This document shows, piece by piece, positions 1-10,879 of a stretch of 32,550 nt of DNA; the first letter of the stretch is position 1, and the number at the start of each line of letters is the position of its first letter. The stretch spans positions 36,330,748 through 36,363,297 of the forward strand of contig NC_068987.1 in NCBI RefSeq assembly GCF_001194135.2, in the 5' to 3' direction. Under the pieces are notes generated by a model, which was given only the letters and a program-made list of their open reading frames with translations, ran no database searches and was not told the DNA's origin. The position numbers and the translations under genes are program-made. Source of the stretch: Octopus bimaculoides (taxonomy: Eukaryota).

Positions 1-15
1 ATATATATATATATA

Positions 16-541
16 CACGTCGTCGACGACTTACATCCGACATCCGACCGATTGACTTTACAACGATTCGCGTGCCAGCTCCCAGCAACAATAATAAACA
101 GTCCAGTTGAAATCTAATGGGTTTAATTTCTTAGAACGTCACACACAGCATTCTGTACTATACTATAACACTGTTATTTATTCATTGAAAAGTACCAAAG
201 AATGCGAATACAAGAAATACACAATGACGTCAGCTAACAAATGACATGGAAGATCCACAACCACGCACCAGTCTACAATAAATTTTTATGTAAGTTTTGC
301 AACGGATTCTTACACTACATTGTGTATTTCTTGTATTTGCATTCTTTGATACTTTTCTATGAACAAATAACACTGTTGTAGTATAATACAGAATTCTGTG
401 TGTGACTTTTACCTCAGCATATATCTTAAGAATGTAAAAATATAGAACAAAGCTATGTAGGCCTATAGGCCAACCTACGACCAAGTCGATTTACGACCAG
501 TCAGTTGGAACTAATTGTGGTCGAAAGTCGACGATGACCTG
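16..541. mobile_element. Putative Tc1/mariner-type MITE in a (TA)n tract
   Basis: CACGTCGTCGACGACTT (16-32) matches the reverse complement of 525-541 (CAGGTCATCGTCGACTT) at 14/17. TA lies directly outside both ends (14-15, 542-543). No coding content. Confidence 0.5.
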
Positions 542-552
542 TAGATATATAT

Positions 553-1455
553 NNNNNNNNNNNNNNNNNNNNNNNNNNNNNNNNNNNNNNNNNNNNNNNN
601 NNNNNNNNNNNNNNNNNNNNNNNNNNNNNNNNNNNNNNNNNNNNNNNNNNNNNNNNNNNNNNNNNNNNNNNNNNNNNNNNNNNNNNNNNNNNNNNNNNNN
701 NNNNNNNNNNNNNNNNNNNNNNNNNNNNNNNNNNNNNNNNNNNNNNNNNNNNNNNNNNNNNNNNNNNNNNNNNNNNNNNNNNNNNNNNNNNNNNNNNNNN
801 NNNNNNNNNNNNNNNNNNNNNNNNNNNNNNNNNNNNNNNNNNNNNNNNNNNNNNNNNNNNNNNNNNNNNNNNNNNNNNNNNNNNNNNNNNNNNNNNNNNN
901 NNNNNNNNNNNNNNNNNNNNNNNNNNNNNNNNNNNNNNNNNNNNNNNNNNNNNNNNNNNNNNNNNNNNNNNNNNNNNNNNNNNNNNNNNNNNNNNNNNNN
1001 NNNNNNNNNNNNNNNNNNNNNNNNNNNNNNNNNNNNNNNNNNNNNNNNNNNNNNNNNNNNNNNNNNNNNNNNNNNNNNNNNNNNNNNNNNNNNNNNNNNN
1101 NNNNNNNNNNNNNNNNNNNNNNNNNNNNNNNNNNNNNNNNNNNNNNNNNNNNNNNNNNNNNNNNNNNNNNNNNNNNNNNNNNNNNNNNNNNNNNNNNNNN
1201 NNNNNNNNNNNNNNNNNNNNNNNNNNNNNNNNNNNNNNNNNNNNNNNNNNNNNNNNNNNNNNNNNNNNNNNNNNNNNNNNNNNNNNNNNNNNNNNNNNNN
1301 NNNNNNNNNNNNNNNNNNNNNNNNNNNNNNNNNNNNNNNNNNNNNNNNNNNNNNNNNNNNNNNNNNNNNNNNNNNNNNNNNNNNNNNNNNNNNNNNNNNN
1401 NNNNNNNNNNNNNNNNNNNNNNNNNNNNNNNNNNNNNNNNNNNNNNNNNNNNNNN
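553..1455. other. Assembly gap (largest of 11 N-runs)
   Basis: N-runs at 553-1455, 3111-3656, 6081-6386, 9582-9941, 10880-11309, 12734-13069, 14143-14226, 17165-17796, 18455-19127, 22389-22580 and 23208-23770. Most abut (TA)n/(CA)n/(GA)n tracts; three interrupt transposons or a SINE. Confidence 1.
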
Positions 1456-1519
<64 letters not shown>

Positions 1520-1535
1520 TATATATATGTATATA

Positions 1536-1864
1536 CTACAAGCATTCCGTCGGTTACAACGACGAGGGTTTCTGTTGATTCGAACATTCGAACAACAGAA
1601 CAGCCTCCTCGCGAAATCAACATGCAGGTGGCTGACCACTCTACAGACATCCGTCCCCTTAACGTAGTTGTGAGGGAGATTTAGTGTGACGCAGAATATA
1701 TTTCAAAGATTGGCACTTTGAAATACAAGTACTACTTGACAGCTGAGTGGACTAGAATAACGAAAAGTAACGTGTCTTGCTCAAGAACACAACGTGTCTC
1801 TGCCAATCGAAAGCATGACCATGAGATCGTGAGCCGAATACTCCAGCGAATAGGCCACACGCTG
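1536..1864 (-). mobile_element. tRNA-derived SINE (family B)
   Basis: Minus strand opens with a degenerate pol III A box (TGGCCTATTCG) and B box (CTTTCGATT), then TTCTTGAGCAAGACAC...CAGCTG typical of molluscan SINE cores. Family recognised from memory. Confidence 0.6.
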
Positions 1865-1879
1865 TCATATATATATATG

Positions 1880-1924
<45 letters not shown>

Positions 1925-1925
<1 letters not shown>

Positions 1926-2080
1926 GTTGAAATTTACAGAAAAACAAAAGACGAAGACAGGCGTATGAACAACAAGCAGGTGTATTAGTTTAACGCTCGG
2001 GAAAGTGAGAAAGTATTTTACCTTTCGAGCCTACGTTCTTCAGCAAAAAGGAATAAGAGAAAATAAACAGAGAGAGATCA
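1925..2080 (-). mobile_element. Probable Penelope-like terminal fragment with decayed hammerhead-like motif
   Basis: Minus strand CTTTTTGCTGAAGAACGTAGGCTCGAAAGGTAAAAT (2050-2015) preceded by a pyrimidine-rich stretch; the motif is heavily degenerate. Confidence 0.35.
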
Positions 2081-2091
2081 TATATATACAT

Positions 2092-3110
2092 TAGGGTGGA
2101 TCAAAAAAGATACTTTTTAAACAGATTTTCGAAATTTGTTTATTGCGAAATCCTTTAAAAACAACTGCGTTAAAATCAGAAGTTCTTACATTTACATCTT
2201 CAGATTCTGCAGCCCACTTAAAATTTTGAAGAATGAGCGAAAAGTCAGTTCATAATACATTTGCCGTTCCTCATTATATATTCCACATTCATTGTTATGA
2301 GTCGATTTTCGCTTGCAAACTTCTTTGAAAACAAGAGTGTTAAAATCTCAAGCTCTGAAATTTAAATCTTCAGGCTCCGCAACACACTTGAAATTATGTG
2401 AAATAAATAGACGTTTCGACTTTATTTTCTTCATTATTTTAATACTAATTCACTGAATATGCGTTACATGAGGATTACATGCACATCAAAATAAAATTAC
2501 GTGTAAACCAACTTTTAATTCTTGACACATTTTGGTGGTAAAAGTAATTAACATTTCCAATTCATTCGAAATAATTCCATGTAACTAAATAATAAGTATC
2601 AACTGACTTATCTATTCTGCCAATGATCATTTTTAGATTTGTCTGTTGATCCTGCAAAATATCTTATTCTCTCTGTTGTATTTTTCTGTCACTGCCACAA
2701 CTGCAGTTTTTAAAGGAGTTGCACTTGCAACAGAAAATGTCAAATAAATCTTTTGTTGCATTGTTTTTAAACACATTACACTTTGTTTGAAATGATGGCA
2801 CGTTTATTTTATATTTTTCACACATTTTAGTAATGCTTCGTACTTTAGATAAAAGATTTTCGGTTTAACTGACTCAAGCGTAACACAAGGGATGGATGCC
2901 TTTTGTCAAAGAAGAATTATCTTTTCTGCAACAATCTTGACAATTTGTTTAATTGAAGGATCTTCCTTAACTACATTCTTTTCTTTTTCTCTTTCAAATA
3001 AAACACATTTTAGTACGTCCTTCTAAGTTGGCAAAACTCGCTCGCTATGATCACATGGCTTACCAAATAGTGGGCATTTATTATCATGACGCGTTATTGG
3101 CTTATGAGCC
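2092..3110 (-). mobile_element. hAT-superfamily (hATm/hAT19-like) DNA transposon remnant, internally deleted and cut by a gap
   Basis: TAGGGTG terminus at 2092-2098; a subterminal ~62-nt motif repeated at 2169-2232 and 2339-2402; transposase-like N-terminal frame at 2590-3110. Subgroup assignment is from memory. Confidence 0.6.
2590..3110 (-). pseudogene. Decayed hAT-type transposase N-terminal region
   Basis: Reads CPLFGKP..VLPT*KDVLK..ILL*QKASIP, then a frameshift, then DLFDIFCCKC..NCSC..RE*DILQDQQTNLKMIIGRID. These match the LPTxxDV, WxKASIP, LFDIxxCKC and DQRxxRxMxIGxxD motifs of this group; three in-frame stops and one frameshift. Confidence 0.65.
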
Positions 3111-3687
3111 NNNNNNNNNNNNNNNNNNNNNNNNNNNNNNNNNNNNNNNNNNNNNNNNNNNNNNNNNNNNNNNNNNNNNNNNNNNNNNNNNNNNNNNNNN
3201 NNNNNNNNNNNNNNNNNNNNNNNNNNNNNNNNNNNNNNNNNNNNNNNNNNNNNNNNNNNNNNNNNNNNNNNNNNNNNNNNNNNNNNNNNNNNNNNNNNNN
3301 NNNNNNNNNNNNNNNNNNNNNNNNNNNNNNNNNNNNNNNNNNNNNNNNNNNNNNNNNNNNNNNNNNNNNNNNNNNNNNNNNNNNNNNNNNNNNNNNNNNN
3401 NNNNNNNNNNNNNNNNNNNNNNNNNNNNNNNNNNNNNNNNNNNNNNNNNNNNNNNNNNNNNNNNNNNNNNNNNNNNNNNNNNNNNNNNNNNNNNNNNNNN
3501 NNNNNNNNNNNNNNNNNNNNNNNNNNNNNNNNNNNNNNNNNNNNNNNNNNNNNNNNNNNNNNNNNNNNNNNNNNNNNNNNNNNNNNNNNNNNNNNNNNNN
3601 NNNNNNNNNNNNNNNNNNNNNNNNNNNNNNNNNNNNNNNNNNNNNNNNNNNNNNNNTATATATATATATACATATATATATATATAA

Positions 3688-3877
3688 AAGTAGTGTTTAT
3701 CGTCCCACATCAATAAGGCTTTTCGATGTTACTATCGTTTTAGTTCCAGCGAGATCTTCCGACTGCTAGTAATATGTGCAGCCTGCACCCAGTATATATT
3801 GCAAGTTGGGGAGCCAACCACCACCATTCTCTAGCAGACGACGGACAGTGATACTGATGTGGCGATAAACATTGCTT
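3688..3877. mobile_element. Short inverted-repeat element (possible MITE)
   Basis: AAGTAGTGTTTATCGTCCCACATCAATA (3688-3715) versus the reverse complement of 3852-3877, AAGCAATGTTTATCG--CCACATCAGTA. No clear TSD. Confidence 0.4.
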
Positions 3878-3982
3878 GTCAGTATAGTTACTACTTTCAG
3901 CTTATTGAGATTTTTCAAATTAGTTACTTTGCTCATACATATGTATATATGTATATATATATATGTGTGTGGGGGGGGTGTA

Positions 3983-5000
3983 TACCAAGGCCAGCGCTCT
4001 AATTGCAAGCTTTGCTTGAAGGAGGCGTTCCATATTTTAAAATACAATTCTCCCACACTACCTAATCAATATAACGAAGTACTTAGCACCTGAAATCACC
4101 GTTTCTTCCATATATTCAAATTCTATCACACACACCATTGCACAAATGACCACACAACGTACTCCCACAACTCCCCATAGGTAACCGCAACCAACTTGAG
4201 TTAGCAAATAGGCCCGCCTTCTACCATCTTTTAAATAGGTTTCAGCTCTATAGAATATTATCACTACAAACTTTGCTCTCTTATTTTACTTTTTTCCTTT
4301 AATACTATTCTTCGAATGCCACCAACACCATCACCACTTACAGGTTCCCTCCTATCCTGACACTACACAATTATAACGACCTTCCACTTACTTCTCCACA
4401 TTACCTCTTCACACTCCTTTTTCTCTACCTATCCATTTCTTTACTAAACTTATACTCCCCCCCCCATCTCCTTCCCTTTGTTCTCTCTACTTCTTCCTTC
4501 CTTCCTGTTAGTATAACTGACCTCACAATCACCTACTACTGGCACCATTATCTACATTTCTCCCTTAAACTATTTCCTCTTCCTTTCCTTCTTGTCTTAA
4601 GGCTTGACCTCTTAATCCTACACACATCTTTCACTGACTTCGGACTATCCTTTAAGTAAACAAAGCACAGAGTAAACTGGATACGATATATATATCCACC
4701 TTTGCAACTACAATTATCTCCGGAAAATACCCACATGGATTCTTTACATGGATGTTTACTGTTGGAATGGAACTAAACTCCAAGTACTTTTTTTTCTTTG
4801 TTCTTTCTTCTACGCATCGCTCTCATTTCTTACTACAAATTTCCTCTTATAGATGTAATAATCCATTCTTCTACTATTACCGTCTCCGATGAAGGGATAC
4901 ATTGAATTTTCCCTGAAACAGTTGTAAGACTCTATGCATAAAATATAATTCTACTTATGCCATTGGTCTCTTTATCTTATTCTTTCATATCTATATATAA
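3983..5000 (+). mobile_element. Penelope-like element 3' portion (GIY-YIG tail, pyrimidine-rich 3' region, hammerhead motif)
   Basis: 3983-4105 encodes YQGQRSNCKLCLKEAFHILKYNSPTLPNQYNEVLST*NHRF, matching the CxLCxxE..I..LNxxxE....CxH tail of PLE GIY-YIG endonucleases (stop at the Cys position). About 750 nt of C/T-rich sequence follows, then a hammerhead core. Confidence 0.65.
4882..4930 (+). ncRNA. Minimal type I hammerhead ribozyme motif (variant core CCGAUGA)
   Basis: Stem I GUCU 4882-85 / AGAC 4927-30; core CCGAUGA 4886-92; stem II AGGGA 4893-97 / UCCCU 4910-14; GAAA 4915-18; stem III C-AGUU-G; GUA cleavage triplet 4924-26. Confidence 0.6.
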
Positions 5001-5003
5001 ATA

Positions 5004-5006
<3 letters not shown>

Positions 5007-5058
<52 letters not shown>
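5007..5058. repeat. (GT)n microsatellite
   Basis: Direct reading. Confidence 0.98.
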
Positions 5059-5060
<2 letters not shown>

Positions 5061-6523
5061 ATGCTACTATGGTTAGTATATGATGCGGATTGTGGATTCA
5101 GAGACCGTGAGGTATCATAGAAAGCTCCTGTTGCACATTTGCCTCTCAGTGCACATAATAATCAATTATAAAAAGAAATGTGATACAGTGTCTATGTAAC
5201 TGAAAACTCGGAAAATCGAATAGAAGCAATTACTTCGTGCGAAATTTATTAAACCATAAGCCCAGGGGTTATGGGTTATGAATATATATTTCTTTAACCA
5301 GTGTCCCTTATACGGCTACCACTGTTTTGCAACCTTCTTCATGCAATATTAATTTTAGTATGGAAGAAATAATTTGTATCTGTTTGCATTAATATGTATG
5401 CTCATCATTATACAGCACAATTGTATATTCAGATATTAATGCAAATAAAGTAGGCTAGCACTTATTCCGAGTTTCCCGTAACTGATAAGCAGACAGAAAT
5501 GAAAAATATGTAAAAACGTAATGGCCGTTAAATGGTCTAAATGTGGCAACGAGCAGTGACTGTCACACTCTGATATAAACATTTAAGGGTGGAAAAAAAA
5601 AAACATAAACATCAATCATTATTGAAATAAATATGAATAAAATGAAGAGCTATATACTGGTGTAGGAAATCCTTATAATATTTGTAATCAATTAAAATTC
5701 CTGTCAAGATCCGTTTTAGAATTCAAGATATGCTACAAGACAACAATGAAAACTGAAAGAAAACAATCAGGATTTAAGATCAAGTGAATATCACAAATTA
5801 GAAACACATGAATAGATATGCTTGGTATGGAGATAACAAAGAACAGATATCTTATAAAAGGAAATGAAGCGGTGATGATTTGCAAAACAATTCAAAATGG
5901 TAATGAGAGGAAGAAATAGTTTTAAAACTGAGTTGTTCCAAGACTTTGCTAGACATTGATAATTTACATAAGTTTGAGTATGCATATGTGTGTGCGTGTA
6001 TATACACACGCGCGCGCATACGGACGCACACGCAAACACGCACACACGCATGCACACACAAACACACAGATATATATATANNNNNNNNNNNNNNNNNNNN
6101 NNNNNNNNNNNNNNNNNNNNNNNNNNNNNNNNNNNNNNNNNNNNNNNNNNNNNNNNNNNNNNNNNNNNNNNNNNNNNNNNNNNNNNNNNNNNNNNNNNNN
6201 NNNNNNNNNNNNNNNNNNNNNNNNNNNNNNNNNNNNNNNNNNNNNNNNNNNNNNNNNNNNNNNNNNNNNNNNNNNNNNNNNNNNNNNNNNNNNNNNNNNN
6301 NNNNNNNNNNNNNNNNNNNNNNNNNNNNNNNNNNNNNNNNNNNNNNNNNNNNNNNNNNNNNNNNNNNNNNNNNNNNNNNNNNNNNNATATATATATAGGG
6401 AGAGAGAGAGAAAGAAAATAGGTGACTGGAAGGTATAGTTTTAATCGGGAAATTAGATGGAGTGTGATAGCGTGTGGTGTGTACTCTGTAAAATATTGTT
6501 GATTTTTATTTTGTCATATGTAG

Positions 6524-6677
6524 TTAAAAGAAGCGAATGCACCTCCGCAAATAGATGTCCGGAATTTCGGATGGAATACTGTTTATATTGACGTGGGAAT
6601 ACGAAAAACTACAAACAGTGTGCATACACAGAATTCAAGTAATTTGAAGCAGAAAGAATTTTTCAAAATCTTTAAAG
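6524..6677 (+). CDS. Candidate internal coding exon, unidentified gene
   Basis: Acceptor TTTTATTTTGTCATATGTAG, 51 open codons LKEANAPPQIDVRNFGWNTVYIDVGIRKTTNSVHTQNSSNLKQKEFFKIFK, donor AAG|GTATTT. No homology recognised. Confidence 0.3.
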
Positions 6678-7118
6678 GTATTTAGTATAATTATGCGTTA
6701 CAAATCACTACAGATAAAATGTCATGTAAAAATGATACAAAAATCGCATATGGGTCAAATACAATGCTTAGAAGGAATCAAGAAGTGAAGAGAAAACAAT
6801 ATTTGTTTACTAAGTCTATTTCACCGAGAGAATGTCATGTATAGCTATGTTTTTCTACCAGGAATGTTTAATGGTGTCATCATTTTGGGGTAAATTTTAT
6901 ACCCTTTTTTTGTTTTTGTTTTCTCTTGAATCTCTTGATTCCTTCCGACCATCGTATTTGATTTTTCGAATTTGGTTTACTTTTACTGTAAGCGCTACTT
7001 TTACTGTAAGTGGGATTGATCAAGTATTCCATATTATTAGCTAAATTATGTATTGAGATGCACAAGAATTTACCCGTAAAGATATAGAGAACTCAATGAT
7101 ATTTGGTAGACACAAAGT

Positions 7119-7187
7119 TATAGTGGAAGACACGTCCTCAAGGTATAGCAGAACGGAATTGATCTTGAAACTACGTGGCTGTAAAGC
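7119..7187 (-). mobile_element. Decayed head fragment of SINE family A
   Basis: TATAGTGGAAGACACGTCCTCAAGG...GAAACTACGTGG aligns by eye to TATAGTAGAAGACACTTACCCAAG...GAAACCATGTG in the copy at 8341-8767. Confidence 0.45.
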
Positions 7188-7439
7188 CTCTTGTGTATTA
7201 GTTTTTACGTTTAATGTATGTGGTTGATTATACCCGAATGTATCGCTTTTTCACATTTTCAATTTGTGGGTTTTACGAACAGTACTTTCATGTAAGGCAT
7301 CAATTATCGGAATTTACGGAGGTCCCAATCTATATTCATTACTAATATATCTAATAGAAGACTAATAGAAGGTACAATAAAAACGTCAGCGACTTTCTTA
7401 GATGTAGTGTTCTAAGTCTTTCTCCTTTTGTAATTCCTG

Positions 7440-7900
7440 CTATAGCCACAATTTGCAATTATAACAAATGGTCGTGTCAGAATCACTATTAGTAGTACTA
7501 TGTATGTATCGGACTACCGGTGTGTTGATTTTGTAAATGGTTGGCATACTTGCTACAAATTTCAAAGATGTAATTTCAAATAGTTTCCTTATATTTGAAA
7601 TGAAAAATTGTTGTTGAGTTATTAATATTACGTTATTTAAGATTTCGGTATCATTTACTACCTGCAAATATTGTTGAGTTGGAAATATTATTATTTAGTT
7701 TCTGGCATATGTTTTGTCTCAGAGAACTAGTTTGCTCGTTTACAGTCAGGTGTATACATTTTTTTATCGAAGCTACAGATCTTTGGTGCTGTGCTATAAT
7801 AGTCAGCATTATTCTTGAATTTTTGTTTGCCAGCATACATTTTGGAGATTCAGTTAGAGATATTTCTGACTAAGTAGTTGATAACAAACTTTTAGGTGAT
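7440..7900 (-). pseudogene. Possible highly decayed Penelope-like RT N-terminal region
   Basis: Minus frames give VINY../SLTESPKCMLANK, HLTVNEQ and MPTIYKINTPVVRYIHSTTNS..YNCKLWL, loosely matching VINLS..LT..E..L, NLT.EE and LPKIHK..P.RPI.S..NS..Y...WL in order. Confidence 0.3.
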
Positions 7901-8340
7901 TTGAATGCTTGTGAAAATTATACACGTTTTCATTAGGTTTGTGATGTGAATATTGTTGACGAGTGTTATCCCACTAGTTTAATCCAGAATGTGGATATTT
8001 TAGTGTATATTTCATACAAAATATGCATACATTTTTGAAGACCTTGTGTTATCTCTTTGCTAAGGTCGAAGGTTTAACAGAGAGCTGAGAACCGTCTTTT
8101 TACGAACCTCCACTAACCTCACAGAGTATATTCTTTAAATTAAATAAAGTAAATTTTCAAAAATGTCCGTGACTACAGCTGTATCGGTAACTTACTTAGT
8201 ATACCAATTCCGTCTATCTGTAGCTTACGTTGCTATAGATTCTTATAATAAGCATTTTGATGGAGTTATGAGTGTATTGATCTCATTCTATATTAGAGCA
8301 CAATTTTCCCTAATCCTAGGAATAATCGTATCTAATATAT

Positions 8341-8555
8341 TCTTTTATTCTTTTACTTGCTTCAGTCATTTGACTGCAGCCATGCTGGAGCACCGACTTT
8401 TTCGAAAAAATCGACCCCAGGACTTATTCTTTGTAATCCAAGTACTTATTCTATCGGCCTCTTTTCCCGAACCGCTAAGTTATAGGGACGTAAACGCACC
8501 GACATCGGTTGTCAAATACATACACACATACATACATAACATTATTTATACGCAC

Positions 8556-8609
<54 letters not shown>

Positions 8610-8767
8610 TCGACAAGCTTCTTTCAGTTTCCGTCTACCAAATCCATTCACAAGGCTTTGGTCGTCCCGATGCTATAGTAGAAGACACTTACCCAAGCTG
8701 CCACGCAGTGGGACTGAGCCTGAAACCATGTGATTGAGAAGAAAGCTTCTTATCACACAGACACGCC
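8341..8767 (-). mobile_element. tRNA-derived SINE family A, full-length, with central CA/TA microsatellite
   Basis: Colinear with copies at 21451-21930, 22055-22388 and the split copy 15168-16209; tRNA-like head with A/B boxes at the right end; AAAAGA-type tail at the left. Confidence 0.9.
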
Positions 8768-9053
8768 AGACTTACTCTACACGTATCTGATTGGTATGGA
8801 TAGATGAGTTCGATTGTGTGGCTTTAAGGTTAAAGGAATCCTTGTGAACTTCTACCTTAAAGTTTGCAGTTTCTTTTTTGTCGGGGAAGATTTCTCTACT
8901 AGTTTGCTAATTTCAGCTTGCTAACTATCTTGTATCCCTGTCCAGTGTTTTAGAGAGGCATAATAGGAGGAGGGAGAATGGAAGAAGCAATTAAAAAGAT
9001 GACGAACAAGACGAAAGAGTTTAGTTGGTCACCAGAGTGAAAGAGAGAGAGAC

Positions 9054-9058
<5 letters not shown>

Positions 9059-9139
<81 letters not shown>
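9059..9139. repeat. (AG)n microsatellite
   Basis: Direct reading. Confidence 0.98.
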
Positions 9140-9143
<4 letters not shown>

Positions 9144-9942
9144 TAAAGAGAGGAATAGCCTTAGAGTATAAATACCCTGTTTATGAAGAATGGGAGTATA
9201 GAAAATGGTAATGTCAATGGTGAAAAGGAGGCGCGTGATGTCGGTAAGAGGAGAAGGTTAGCGTTGTGAGACTGTAGGAGGTGAAAGCAGATAACGGGAT
9301 CGAGTAGAGCCTCAAGTTATGGGAAGATGAATATTCTATGGGTCTGATGGAGAAGGCGTTGATGGTAGTGGAGCCTGAGATTAGAAGGTAAAGATCGACA
9401 TTCACATTTACACTAATCATAATCATAATTGGTGTCCTTCGTTTTGTAAGTAAATACCTACGTGAAAATGTGGAAGAGCTACAGTTTTCAGAAACAGAAA
9501 TCAACCTGATAAATTGTACGTTACAAATATAATCTGTTAGTTGAACAATAAAATATGGAAAACTTTTCTCAAGTTTCATTTNNNNNNNNNNNNNNNNNNN
9601 NNNNNNNNNNNNNNNNNNNNNNNNNNNNNNNNNNNNNNNNNNNNNNNNNNNNNNNNNNNNNNNNNNNNNNNNNNNNNNNNNNNNNNNNNNNNNNNNNNNN
9701 NNNNNNNNNNNNNNNNNNNNNNNNNNNNNNNNNNNNNNNNNNNNNNNNNNNNNNNNNNNNNNNNNNNNNNNNNNNNNNNNNNNNNNNNNNNNNNNNNNNN
9801 NNNNNNNNNNNNNNNNNNNNNNNNNNNNNNNNNNNNNNNNNNNNNNNNNNNNNNNNNNNNNNNNNNNNNNNNNNNNNNNNNNNNNNNNNNNNNNNNNNNN
9901 NNNNNNNNNNNNNNNNNNNNNNNNNNNNNNNNNNNNNNNNNN

Positions 9943-9978
<36 letters not shown>

Positions 9979-10556
9979 AGAAAACAGCTTCTTATATGAT
10001 TACGTCAAATAATTAAATACAGAAGAAAATATACGTACATACATACACGTAGACAGACAGACAGACTTGCATACCACTGTTGTTTTCTTGGTAGTTACAT
10101 CACAAGGGAGAGAATTACCTTGCCACAATTCAATATAAAAAAGAGTGTTTTCGTAAATGACTGAGGAGTTAAATTTGTATGCAGTTATAAGGTCTTTTAT
10201 ATTCATATATGCTTAAGCTATTTAATTGAATCTCATCAATACGTGGACTTTCAAATCTTCTTAATTATATTTTACTATTTCATCATAAAAAGAAAAATAT
10301 TTTCGCAAACTGGGAGAGGCAGGATATGCGAAAATATGTAACTTGAATTTGTTGGTCGTTAGGTCGAGATGGAGAAAGAGGAGGGAGAGAAGAATTATTT
10401 ATAAGTGAATTTAAATTTAGGAATAATCACTAAATGTAATCCGGATTATTTCCGTCTTTTTTGCGAAAAATACTCATAGCAGTCGTAATAACTTATAACC
10501 GAGAATTTTTCATAGGTTATTGTCTAGTTGTGAGGGTTACTGTTTTCAGAAATGTG

Positions 10557-10831
10557 TTACATACGTGTTCCGTAAGTTTTGGGAAGCAAATTACAAAATA
10601 GCATGCGCTCACTACAAATGCACTTCGTGATGGGGTGGGTAAGAGACAGAGATTTTATATTTAAATTTACCTGTATGTTACCTGGGAATAAATCAGCGTC
10701 AGCAATCATCTGTAAACGAGAGTTTTCGTAGGTTTTGCTTTAGACGTACTGGTTATAAAAATTGCAGCGACTTGCTGTGATGAATTATACGTGTGTCTTG
10801 GTTTGTGTTGGGTAGGCAAAACATACGTACG

Positions 10832-10879
<48 letters not shown>

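Noticed and set aside
7361-7397. CTAATAGAAGG...AAAACGTCAG hammerhead-like relic
   Set aside because: Core, stem II and GAAA would all need correction.
9140-9581. Purine-rich tract that could be a minus-strand Penelope-like 3' region
   Set aside because: No convincing GIY-YIG motif or hammerhead core; cut by a gap.
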